Source of the DNA: Sphagnum compactum
Taxonomy: Eukaryota
Direction: 5' to 3'
Length of the DNA: 64,000 nt
Assembly (NCBI GenBank): GCA_965153455.1
Contig: OZ234493.1
Location: forward strand, 12,204,213-12,268,212
A model generated the notes under the pieces. That model saw only the letters and a program-made list of their open reading frames with translations. It made no database searches and had not been told where the DNA came from. Both the position numbers and the translations under genes were made by a program. Position 1 is the first letter of the stretch. The number at the start of each line of letters is the position of its first letter. This document shows positions 23,609-35,843 of this stretch, piece by piece.

Positions 23609-25541
23609 GCCTCCAAGTGAGTGGGGACCAGTTGATACGGATAGTGAAATTGGTCCACTAATATCTAATGAAATACAAATTTATTAAGCCATTTCAGTTG
23701 CTAGTTAATTAACTAGGCAACATGGAAATCAACTAAATTTAAATTATTTAATATTATTGATGATTTCATGATTTTCAGTTTATGAATTATTGACACGTGT
23801 CATTACATAAGCTAAGTTAAAAACCTAGCCTAAGTATATAGGCCATGTGACCAACCTAAATAAGCATTTACTTTTTAGGAATTACATAGGAAAATATTCG
23901 GTCAACTTACCACTATTGGCCACAAACACACCATTTGCGGGGTTTGATTATTTGACCTCTAGGATGGAAGCAAACACCCTTACCATCAAGCTACCACACT
24001 TGTTGTGATAATGTGTTACATTGCATTCTATTTATCAAATATTTCATTTTAAACATTACAAAAACATAAACTTTGAAAATTCATATCTTATTGAGATTTT
24101 GTCCAAATGAAATGATTGAAATTTAATCTTTTTTTTCAATAATGTACATAATTACATTTATTTCTTTTTAAAAGTTTAAAATCATTTGAACAAATGTTTT
24201 TTGAATATCATTATTCAATAACATTTTAATGACCATTCTTTTGAAAAAGAAAATGTTTAATAAATGGATAAATTTTTTCCTAATATAATAATATTACCTA
24301 GGTTATGCTACTTTAAGCTATTTTAGGGTTACTTTTCATTATTCTAAGTTATTTCACCCTACGTTATTTATGGCTATTTTTAGTTATTTCACCTTAGGTT
24401 ACTTTCGGTTATTCTAAATTACTTTTAGTTTTTTTATGTTATTTTTGAGTATTTTAGGCTATTTCACCTTAGGCTATTTTTTACTATTATAATTTTTTTT
24501 GCTATTATATGTTTTTTGGGCTATTGTATAATATTTCATTTTAGGTTATTTGCGACTATTATAAATTATTTTTGGTTATTCCAAGTTCTTTCATTTTAAG
24601 CTATTTTCAACTATGTGAGGTTATTATTGATTATTTTTTGCTATTGAAGGTTATTTCACCTTATGTTATTATTGGTTATTCTAGGTTATATTAACATAAG
24701 TTATTTATGGTTATTCTATTGGTGGCTATTGGTAGCTATTCTAGTGGTGGCAATTAATGCCTATTTTATTAATGGTTATTGGTAACTATTTTATTGTGGC
24801 TATTAATGTTTATTTTATTAATGCTATTAATGGAATTATTTATTAATGATTATTGGTGGTTATTTTAAGTTAAATTATCATAAGCTATTGGTGGCTATTT
24901 TTTGTTATTTAAAACTATATTATGACTATTGGTGGTTATATTATCATAGGCTACTGGTAGTTATTTTATTGTAGGTTATTCTAAATTATTTTTCATAGGT
25001 TATTGTTAGTTATTTTATCTTAGGTCATTATATTATATTTTAGATTATTTTAAGTTGTTATACTAAGATAAAATAACATAAAGTATAATGATCTTGAATA
25101 ACCTAAAATATAGCCTAAGGTTAGTTGATTAGTTTAATTTAAAATAACTTAAAAATAAAAAACCTATAATAAACTAGGTGAGATACCTTAAAGTAAAATA
25201 ACTTATAATACTTTAGGGTATAATAATTTATAATAACCTATAATAATTTATAATAACTTAGGGTATAAATTAAAATAACTTAAAATAACTTAAAATAATG
25301 TAGGGTATATCATAAAATAACATAGGGTATTTAAAACAACAATATAAATAAACATATTTACCAGAGTAAATTATAGTAATGAATTATGTTAACTAATAGT
25401 GAAACATGATGTTTACATAGTGATATTATAGTGAAATAACTTTAACTGGGGTGAAATCATTAAAATGCAGTGAACTTATTTCACTTTTAAAGCCCCATAA
25501 TGATTTAGGTTAGTGAACTACGCCCCACTTTTGTAATATTG
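23609..25541 (+). mobile_element. Non-autonomous CACTA family A, copy 1 (5'-truncated, short internal repeat)
   Basis: Collinear with 26390-31356. Its right end CGCCCCACTTTTGTAATATTG is a decayed version of CACCCCACCTTTGTAGTAGTG. Confidence 0.8.
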
Positions 25542-26301
25542 TATGCGATGAAAAATCCCCCATTTGGTGTAGAAAATTCAAATTCAAATAATTTCAAGAT
25601 TTTATCACATTAGATTATATAACAATCACATACATGAGTCCATTTTCATCAAATTTAATAACAATTTAATGTAGGACACTCTCTAATCCATAAAGGTGTT
25701 TAAAAAAATGGACTTGTGACACCAAAAATGATCTAATTTAGCTTGCTAATACCTTTTTGTCTAGGTTTATGTTTTTTTAATTTGTTGAATTTTTTCCACC
25801 ATTGATTTTTTCAACTGCTTTTCTTTTTCTTAATTAGTAGCACTCTTTACTTTCCTTGGTTCTTTATCCTTGAACACTTATTCTTTAGTTACTTTACTTT
25901 TTGTGATAACATTAACATCCACTACATTCACATCTGCAGTGATTATTCGTGTCTTAGCAATAGGTTGAACCTCTATTACTACCATAGATTTCCCATAAAA
26001 CATCTTTTGCATCTCAACAAACTTTGGACAATCTGTTAATTATGTCCATTCAAACCACAGATGTGGCATGCATATGAAAATGTCTTATGTGGTTTCTGAT
26101 TTGGTTGTGTTGCTTCTATGGTTGCCACCATGGTCTGTTATTTTTTCTTTTTGCATGTCCCACATTGTGATTTGCCATCCCGTTTATGCAATGTTTATCA
26201 ATCTTCCTTGTATTTTTATGTGTTTTCATTAGTGTTGCCTGTTTGGTAGTCTGTGGTACTGAAAGTGCACTCCTTGCTTCTGCAGTAGTCTTGTCTTCTT
26301 C

Positions 26302-29300
26302 GACTACAAAATGTGTCGTAATTCACTTTGGGTTTCATTAAACTTTGAGTGAATTTGGACATTTTTACCTGGTGAAATTATTTAACCCCCTAGTGAGTAG
26401 GGACTAGTAGCTATGGACAATGAATTGTTTCATTAGTACCTAGTGAAACAGCGTTACTCTTAAGTGAAATACAAATTTACCAAGCCATTCACTTATTAGT
26501 TAATTAACTAACCAGCACGGAAATCAATTAAAATTTAATTATTTAATATATAATATTATTGATAATTTCATGATTTTTAGCTTATGATTTATTGACACGT
26601 GTCACTACCTAAGTTAGGTTAAAAACCTAACCTATGTAGGTAGACCATGTAATTAACCTAGGCACCTATTCTAAGAATTAAATAGTAGAATATTCTGTGA
26701 ACATACCATTGTTGACCACACAACACCATTCATGAAGTTTGATCCCTTAACCTTTGGATTGGAAGCAAGCACTTTCACCATCATGCCACCCCACTTGTTG
26801 TGATAATATGATACATTACATTCTATTTGTCAAATACTTCATTTTAAACATTACAAAAACATAAACTTTGAAAATTCATATCTTATTGAGATTTTGTTCA
26901 AATGAAATGATTCAAGTTTTTTTTTTTTTTAATTCAATAATGTACATAATCACATTTATTTCCTTTTGAAAGTTTAAAATCATTTGAACAAAAAAAAGTT
27001 GAATATCAATATTCAATAACATTTCAATCACCATTCTTTTGAAAAAAAATAATTTAATAAATGGATAAGATTTTTGTTAATATAATAATATTACCTATGC
27101 TAAGTTACTTTTAATTATTTTATGACTATTTTTCATTAATTTAAATTATTTCACCCTACATTATTTATGGTTATTTATGGCTATTTTCAATTACTTTTGG
27201 TTATTTTTTGCTATTTCAACCTAAGCTACTTTGGTTATTCTAAATGGTTTTTGGCTATTCTAGCTTATTTCACCTTAGGCTACTTTCGGCTATTGTAATT
27301 TTTTTGGGCTATTCTATGTTATTTTTTGCTATTATGAATTATTTCAATTTAGGCCATTTATAACTATTATAAGATGTTTTTGGCTATTCTAAATTATTTC
27401 ATTTTAAGCTATTTTCGACTATGTGAGGCTATTATTGGTAACATTTGGCTATTGAAGGTTATTTCACCTTATGTTATTATTGGCAATTCTAGGTTATTAT
27501 TAGCTATTTCACCTTAAGTTACTTTTATCTATTATAAATTATTTCACCTTAGATTTTTTTGGCCATTTTAAGTAATTTTAGTATATGGCTATTGGTTGTT
27601 CTTTTATCGGGGCTATTGGTGGTTATTAATGGTTATTTTATTGGTGGCTATTAATGCCCATTAATGGTTATTCTATTAATGGTTATTGGTGGCCTATTCT
27701 AGTAATGGCCATTAGTAATTATGTATTAGTGGTTATTGATGGCTATTGGTGGTTATTTTATTGATGGTTATTGGTGGTTATTTTATTGTTGGCTAATCTA
27801 TTAATGGCTATTGATGGTTATTTTATTGATGGTTATTGGTGGTTATTTTATTGTTGGCTAATCTATTAATGGCTATTGATGGTTATTTTATTGATGGTTA
27901 TTGGTGGTTATTTTATTGTTGGCTAATCTATTAATGGCTATTGATGGTTATTTTATTGATGGTTATTGGTGGTTATTTTATTGCTGGCTAATCTATTAAT
28001 GGCTATTGATGGTTATTTTATTGATGGTCATTGGTGGTTATTTTATTGCTGGCTAATCTATTAATGACTATTGATGGTTATTTTATTGATGGTTATTGGT
28101 GGTTATTTTATTGCTGGCTAATCTATTAATGACTATTGGTGGTTATTTTATTGATGGTTATTCATGGTTATTATATTGGTGGCTAATCTATTAATGGCTA
28201 TTGGTGGTTATTTTATTGATGGTTATTGATGGTTATTATATTGGTGGCTAATCTATTAATGGCTATTGGTGGTTATTTTATTGATGGTTATTCATGGTTA
28301 TTATATTGGTGGCTAATCTATTAATGGCTATTGGTGGTTATTTTATTGATGGTTATTCATGGTTATTATATTGGTGGTTAATCTATTAATGGCTATTGGT
28401 GGTTATTTTATTGATGATTATTGGTGGTTATTCTATTAATGGTTATTGATGGTTATTTTATTAATGATTTGGTGGCTATTCTATTAATGGCTATTGGTGG
28501 CTATTTTATTGATGGTTATTGGTGGTTATTCTATTAATGGTTATTGATGGTTATTTTATTAATGATTTGGTGACTATTCTATTAATGGCTATTGGTGGCT
28601 ATTTTATTGATGGTTATTGGTGGTTATTCTATTAATGGTTATTGATGGTTATTTTATTAATGATTTGGTGGCTATTCTATTAATGGCTATTGGTGACTAT
28701 TATATTAATGGCTATTGGTGGCTATTCTATTAATGACTATTGGTGGCTATTCTATGAATGACTATTGGTGGCTATTTTATCAATGGCTATTAGTGGCTAT
28801 TCTATTAATGACTATTGGTGGCTATTCTATCAATGACTATTAGTGGTTATTTTATTAATGACTATTAGTGGTTATTCTATTAATGGTTATTGGTGGTTAT
28901 TTTATTAATGGTTATTGGTGGTTATTTTATTAATGGTTATTGGTGGTTATTTTATTAATGATTTGGTGGCTATTCTATTAATGGCTATTGGTGACTATTA
29001 TATTAATGGCTATTAGTGGCTATTCTATTAATGACTATTGGTGGCTATTCTATGAATGACTATTGGTGGTTATTTTATCAATGGCTATTAGTGGCTATTC
29101 TATTAATGACTATTGGTGGCTATTCTATCAATGACTATTAGTGGTTATTTTATTAATGACTATTAGTGGCTATTCTATTAATGGTTATTGGTGGTTATTT
29201 TATTAATGGTTTGGTGGCTATTCTATTAATGGTTATTGGTGGTTATTTTATTAATGGCTATTGGTGGCTATTTTATTAGTAGCTATTGGTGGCTATTTTA

Positions 29301-31356
29301 TTAATGGCTATTGGTGGCTATTTTATTAATGGCTATTAATAGTTATTCTATTCATGGCTATTGGTGGCTATTCTATTAATGGTTATTTTATTAGTGGATA
29401 TTGTGCTTATTAATGGTTATTATATTAATGGCTATTAGTGGCTATTCTATTAATGGTTATTGGTGATTATTTTATTAATGGTTTGGTGGCTATTCTATTA
29501 ATGGTTATTGGTGATTATTTTATTAATGGTTTGGTGGCTATTCTATTAATGGTTATTGGTGATTATTTTATTAATAGCTATTGGTGGCTATTTTATTAAT
29601 GGCTATTAGTGGCTATTATATTTATGGTTATTGGTGGCATTCTATTAATGGCTATTTTTTTGGTGGATATTGGTGCTTATTAATGGTTATTATATTAGTG
29701 GCTTTTAGTGGCTATTATATTAGTGGGAATTAATGGTTATTATATTAGTGGCTATTAGTGGCTATTATATTAGTGGGAATTAGTGGTTATTATATCAGTG
29801 ATTATTAGTGGTTATTCTATTAATGGTTATTGGTGGTTATTCTATTAATGGTTATTAGTAGTTATTCTATTAGTGGCTATTGAGTGTTATTTTATTATGG
29901 CTATTGGTGGCTATTCTATTAATGGCTATTAGTAGTTATTTTATTGGTGGTTATTGGTTGTTATTATATTTTATTAATGGCTATTGGTTGTTATTATATT
30001 CTATTAATGGTTATTGGTTGTTAATATACTAATGGCTATTGGTGGCTATTCTATTAATGATTATTGATGGTTATTCTTTTAATGGTTATTGATGGATATT
30101 CTATTGGTGGATATGGTGCTTATTAATGGCTATTATATTAGTGGTTATTGGTGGCTATTGGTGGCTATTCTATTGGTGGATATTGGTGCTTATTAATGGC
30201 CATTATATTAGTGGCTATTGGTGGCTATTCTATTGGTTAATATTAGTGGTTATCAATTATTATTATATTAATGGTTATTAATGGGTATTATATTAATGGC
30301 TATTGCTGGATATTTTGTTAGTGGATGTTGGTGGTTATTAATGGTTATTATGTTAATGGCTATTGGTGAATATTCTATTAGTGGATATTGGTGTTTATTA
30401 ATGGCTATTATATTAGTGGCTATTGGTGAATATTCTATTGGTGGATATTGGTGGTTGTTAATGGCTATTGGTGGATATTTTAGTGGTGGATATTGGTGGC
30501 TATTTTATTAATGGCTATTGGTGGTTATTCCATTGTATGCCATTGGTGGTTATTTTATTGGTGGCTATTGATGGCTATTAGTGGCTATTTTATTCATGGT
30601 TATTAGTGGTTATTGTATTATAAGTTATTGTCGGTTTATGTTATATTACGACTATTGGTGATTATTGTATGATAAATTATTGTTGGATATTCTATGTTAT
30701 AATATCATAGGCTCTTGGTAGTTATTATATATTGTAGGATATTTAAAATTATTTTTTATAGGTTATTATTTTCTGTTGTAAGTTATTTTACCTTGAATCA
30801 TTATATTTTATTTTAGATTATTTTAAGTTATTATACTTAGGATGAAATAATTTATAATAACATAAAGTAGAATGACCTTGAATAACTTAAAATATAACTT
30901 GAAATAACATATATTAATTTTAAATAAAATAACCTAAGGTATAGCCTAAAGTTAGTTGAATAATTTAATTTAGAATAACTTAAAACTTATAATAAACTAG
31001 TTAAGGTACCTTAAAGTAAACTAACGTATAATAGTTTAAGATACAATAATTTATAATAGCTTATAATAACATATGATATAAGTTAGAGTAACTAAAATAA
31101 CTTAAAATAATATAGGATATATCATAAAGTAACATATAAAAAATATTTAAAAAAACATAGAAATGAACCTATTTACTACATTAAATTATAATAGTGAATT
31201 ATGTTAACTAGTAATGAAACATGATGTTTACATAGTGATATTATAGTGAAATAACTTTCACTAGGGTGTAATTAGTAAAATGCAATGAAGTTATTTCACT
31301 TTTAAGGTAGCATAATGATTTAGGCTAATAAATTACACCCCACCTTTGTAGTAGTG
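26302..31356 (+). mobile_element. Non-autonomous CACTA (En/Spm) family A, copy 2, ~5.05 kb with 3-bp TSD TTC
   Basis: The right end ...TTTGTAGTAGTG is CACTACTACAAA on the minus strand. The left end GACTACAAAA is CACTA with one substitution. TTC occurs at 26299-26301 and 31357-31359, and removing the element restores the gag reading M-L-C-E-E-D-K. Confidence 0.85.
27590..30620 (+). repeat. ~3-kb tandem satellite of ~25-bp units (GGYTATTGGTGGYTATTYTATTAAT) with higher-order repeats
   Basis: Ten copies of a 65-bp unit (27741-28390), three copies of a 98-bp unit (28391-28684), and a duplicated block starting at 28685 and again at 28983. Confidence 0.97.
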
Positions 31357-34300
31357 TTCACACAACATTGTTGCCTATTTATGTTGTTGTAGTGTTCATT
31401 GTTTCATCTTTATAATCGCAATTGTGAAGTATGATTACAAACCCATTCTAAACACAGTAATTAGAAAATTATTTGTGGTTAGGACTTGTAAACCATGAAC
31501 CAACTTCTGAATATGTTCATAATAAACCTCCACCCTCTCAGTCTCCTCATGCTTCATATTCTTCAACTCCATGTATATTTGCTCGTCATTTGAATTTTTC
31601 GATGACGTTTGCAAAATGCTTGTGTAAGTTTCGAAAAAATACAGTCATGGAATTCTGACATGTAATTGTGACATTAATCTAATGTTGCATCTTTTAGTGT
31701 ATAACTAAATGCATTGATGATATATTCTTTAAAAGTTTATGTATTTACTTTTACTGCAGAATTAAACATTTTGACATGAGCATCTGGATCGACATCTTTT
31801 TTGAAATTAGGATACTTAAAAACTACCTTGTTTGGCATAACTTAATGGCCATCTTTGTGATTAAAAATTGGTGCAATTATAGGATATGGTTTTCGATATC
31901 CTCCTAGTGGGTTTGCTACATTTGCACTTCTGTACCCTCCAACAACCATTAAGTTCATCGGTGGTTGATTTGTAATCCTATTCACATGAGTAGTCATTAT
32001 CAAATTAGTAAACACCATATGAGGTGTACCAACAACTCTAGTAGTTGTTGTTGGTAATGCCGAACTCCCATTCAATTTCCTTATTGCCAAGACTCCACCT
32101 GATCCACTACCCAATTTTGTTGCAGATCCAATTAATATTCCCCTTCTGACAACATCCATGGTGGGCACAACAACCGTTTCGACTCATGTGGTTGTTATAC
32201 TCGCATCAAGTGATTGAGTAACTATACTCCAACAGGTTGTCTCCAGGTTTCAACAACTATTGCTTCTAACATGATTGGTGAAGTTGTGTTGACTTGAGGG
32301 CGACAATGTTCCATTATGTGGTTACCCATTAGTATCCTCTGTGGTGCAAAATGTGGGTGTGAATACACCTTTGGTTTTTTGCTCTTAGTACAAATAGATG
32401 GACAAATCTGTCAACAATGTGGTCCCAATTAGCTTCCCAACTCCATGCCTCTCAATTTGTTCTGAACTACAGGAATTCTTGGTTCATGTTCTTGTGGTTG
32501 ATCCATTAATTTTCTTGCCACATTTTGTAACTACACATGTTTAACGATACCTATTTTGATTTGAAAATTCACAAAAGGACAATCCATGATTGCATGTCCT
32601 TCATAGAATGCTGCCAATGTCAATATTTTAATGTTCTTAAAGCTCTTAGCACCACCAACAATCATTTTAGGTTCATAAACAATAAATTCCCACAACTAAA
32701 AACCTTTAACACCAACATCTCTATGGCCAACTATGGTAACCTTCATTGTTGTTATGGGGGAAGACGATGCCTTTGTTGAATGCATTCTAGAACTAGCAAT
32801 GAAGGGAACCAAAGCTTGAAACCTACTAAAAGACATTTTATATTGTAGTACAATCCAAAAAGGTTTGGAGCAAAGTACTTCAAATAATTAAAATCATGCA
32901 CATGATCCTAAAGAAGGGGTTTCAGTAATAAAAAGGTAAGTGCATATGGCTCTAGTGATGGCAAAACATTTAAAAAGGTCTGCAAATGTTTTGAAAGGCC
33001 TTCTTCACTCTGGTGAAAAGTCCACAATATTTGTTTAATCAAACACTTTGAAAAACTAATTTTGATATATCTCCGAGATCTTAGCTTTGCAAAATGAGTG
33101 ATTTGCAACGATTTGTCATGGCAATTCTTTCTTGTCAATGTATTATATAAAAAGAAAAAAATTGCATAAAAAGAAGGTTGTAGCAATTCAAGTGGTTCAT
33201 CCATATACTTAACTGAATCTTGACCACTTAAAGACAACCAAAATAAGAAGAAACATTCACATGACCAATGAATGCAAGATTTTAGAAAGTGGTGTTCTTA
33301 TTTGCTTGACAACAATTAAATTCTTCAACATGTGTCAATGCAAGGCCCAATCCAATCTACTCAAATAGGGATAACCTGAGCGTTTTAGAAAAGTGTTTCA
33401 AACACCTTTTTCCATTGGCAACATCATCAAAAGAATTTTTTTTTGATAAGGTTTCTAGATTTTTTTGACACATTCTTGAAATGTTAAAAAAAAACATCTA
33501 TTTACCATCTACCAATGCCCTTGTTACAATGGAGGAATGTGCTTATGGAAAAGAAAAAATCCACCTCCCCCTTTTTCTAAGTCTTCTTGTAAAAACACTT
33601 AGAGATGCTTCTTTCCAACGTCAGCTCTATGCTTTGACCACAATGTTTTTACAATTGGAACATGCTTTTCACTTGGTAGATGCTATTGCTTCTTATTCCC
33701 AAAAATGGCATTAAAATTATTGTCACCGCACTATTGTTGTTGTTGATATTTCTGAGGTGAGTTGCAAGCATGAGGAAGAGACCTATGTTGAAGTGGTAAT
33801 TGGGTTGATGTATTATTGGGTCCCTTTCACTAGCACTAAATTATGCACCTTGGTCAAGATATTGCACCAACTAAAATTTGAACCATTTAAGTGATCATTT
33901 GCCATCAATCTTAAAATGAATTGCCTAGTGCAATCTTTTTGTTTTTTTGTGTTAAACATTCATGAGGATGATAGGTGGTAAGTGGCATATGCCTCGTACA
34001 CTAAGCTGGGAATTTTTTACTATTGATGGGGTGTTTTTATTGTGCCATGAGAATTAACATGCACTACTCATTAGATGCGCATGCAACATGGCTTTGTTAT
34101 CGCTTGCTTTTGATGTGCCAAAGAGAAAAAGAAAAGAAAGCATTGCCAAGGATCATTGCTGCCAAACCAACAAAACAAGAAAAAAAACTTGAAGAAGAAT
34201 CGGTCAAAGAGAAGTATCTGAAGATGAAGAAACAACTTTTGCAATGGAATACAAAACAATGGGAGAAGCTAGAGGAGAGCAAAAACTTACTTAGTATCCA

Positions 34301-35306
34301 CTCAAATTGATCATGGACAACCTCAAATCCTTGAAAGCTTAAGTCCTTGTCTCCTCCTCCTCCTCCACAATGCAGGGAAATCGAATATGTAACAACCAAA
34401 AACATTTTGGAAAGAAAAAATCAAACAATTTGTCTTTTCATATGTAATCTAATCAAAGATGTGTCTTTTCGAATCTTAAAAAATCAGGGCACACAAATAT
34501 ACATGGCTTGAAGCCATAGACTATAGATAAATCCAGAGAATATTACTAGGGATTGGTAAACAATTTGTCTTTCATTAGAGAATTGGCCCTTGGTGCTCAA
34601 TTTTGCCAAACAAGTGATCACTACACGAGCCAATAGAGGGTGAGGCTCGCAAAATTGGTGAGGTTGCCTAGTGACTACTTGCTTGGTAGAATTGGCCATG
34701 AGGGGCCCATTCCTTGCTGTAAATAACATCAGAACCAATTCTTTGGTGTTACAAGTTGAAGGAACTCCTTAAACATGGGTGTTCCCTCCACAGGCCAATT
34801 CAACCTGAAGAATCCCATCATAGGGATGGCCTAACTTGTTGGCATGAAAAGATTGGTCACTTAAGAGCATCTCCAGTGAGGCTTGCTATATGTTCCACTG
34901 ATGCCATATCCATGAATCTGTGGATTTCTCATCTTCAATTCAGCCCCAAGAGTCATTATGCTGCTGCTATCAAAGCTCAAGCCCCCGGTATAATCCTCCT
35001 TCACACTCAAACTGTGCATTCTGGCATGTCTGCTGAATCATTCATATATACACTATCAATGGCAAACAAGTCCTCTTCTCAACCCTAATTAGTCAGACCC
35101 ACAACAAGCAGACAAAGGAAGGGAATTTTTTGTTGCAAATGAAGAGGCACAACTTATGAGATTGTTTCTTCATTGGGTCTCCATGGTGATAGCATAATCC
35201 TCACCTACCTTCGAGATGTGGGGTGAATATGAGCCTAACACCTAAGGAAAGGTATCCAATTTTATGAAAGGCAAAGATATTCCATTAGGAGGCCATGTCT
35301 CAAACA

Positions 35307-35493
35307 CATGAGGTAAACTTTGTGGTTTCATCCATTACAATGTAAAATACATGGTGTTCAGTGTGGCACATTAAACTTAAATTAATGTAGTGTAACATAT
35401 GCCATGAATTAATGTCAAACTGTTATATGCACCACAATAAACACCACATATATTTTACATTGCAACGGATGAAACCACAAAGTTCACCTCATG
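35307..35493. mobile_element. Small foldback element/MITE (~187 bp) with ~60-bp terminal inverted repeats
   Basis: CATGAGGTAAACTTTGTGGTTTCATCCATTACAATGTAAAATA.. is mirrored by ..TATTTTACATTGCAACGGATGAAACCACAAAGTTCACCTCATG. Confidence 0.8.
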
Positions 35494-35843
35494 CATGTCA
35501 TGAACCATCATCACCTATGAATGTAGGAAAACCATAGTCTGTTGTAGTGGCAATTTGAAGGCACCAATACTGCACACATGAAAGTTAAGTTTTTAAACTC
35601 CAACATGACTATACCTTATTTCAATGCAAGTACTCTAATCACATTGCAGAACATTTCCAAATTTCAGTATTCACCAATAAGGGATACAAAAAATACAAAA
35701 TTGTTGTCAAGCGACAATAGTTAGGCTGCAATTTTCTTGAAATGTGTCTAACTAGATGGATTCATAAATTTGTCAAATTTCAGTGTGGCAAGATGCATCA
35801 TTTGACTGTTTTGCAAGGAGCAGAAAGACAAGAACTGAGACCA

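Larger units (their letters stand above)
25550..32560 (-). mobile_element. Ty3/Gypsy-type gag remnant split by a CACTA insertion (pieces 31357-32560 and 25550-26301)
   Basis: DVDPDAHVKMFNSAVKVN..EYIINAFSYTL..AFCKRHRK..EQIYMELKNMKHEETERVEVYYEHIQKLAHGL..MLCE | EDKTTAEARS.., then a CCHC zinc knuckle CHICGLNGH..TDCP (~26020-26075). Confidence 0.85.

Noticed and set aside
27590-30620. Interstitial telomere or CRISPR array; ORF 30281-30511
   Set aside because: GGTTA resembles TTAGG but never forms TTTAGGG or TTAGG runs, and there are no spacers. The ORF is a translation of the repeat.
32800-35100. ORFs 32908-33237, 34023-34310 and 34756-35088
   Set aside because: They look like decayed TE or other fragments that I cannot assign; no supportable gene model.
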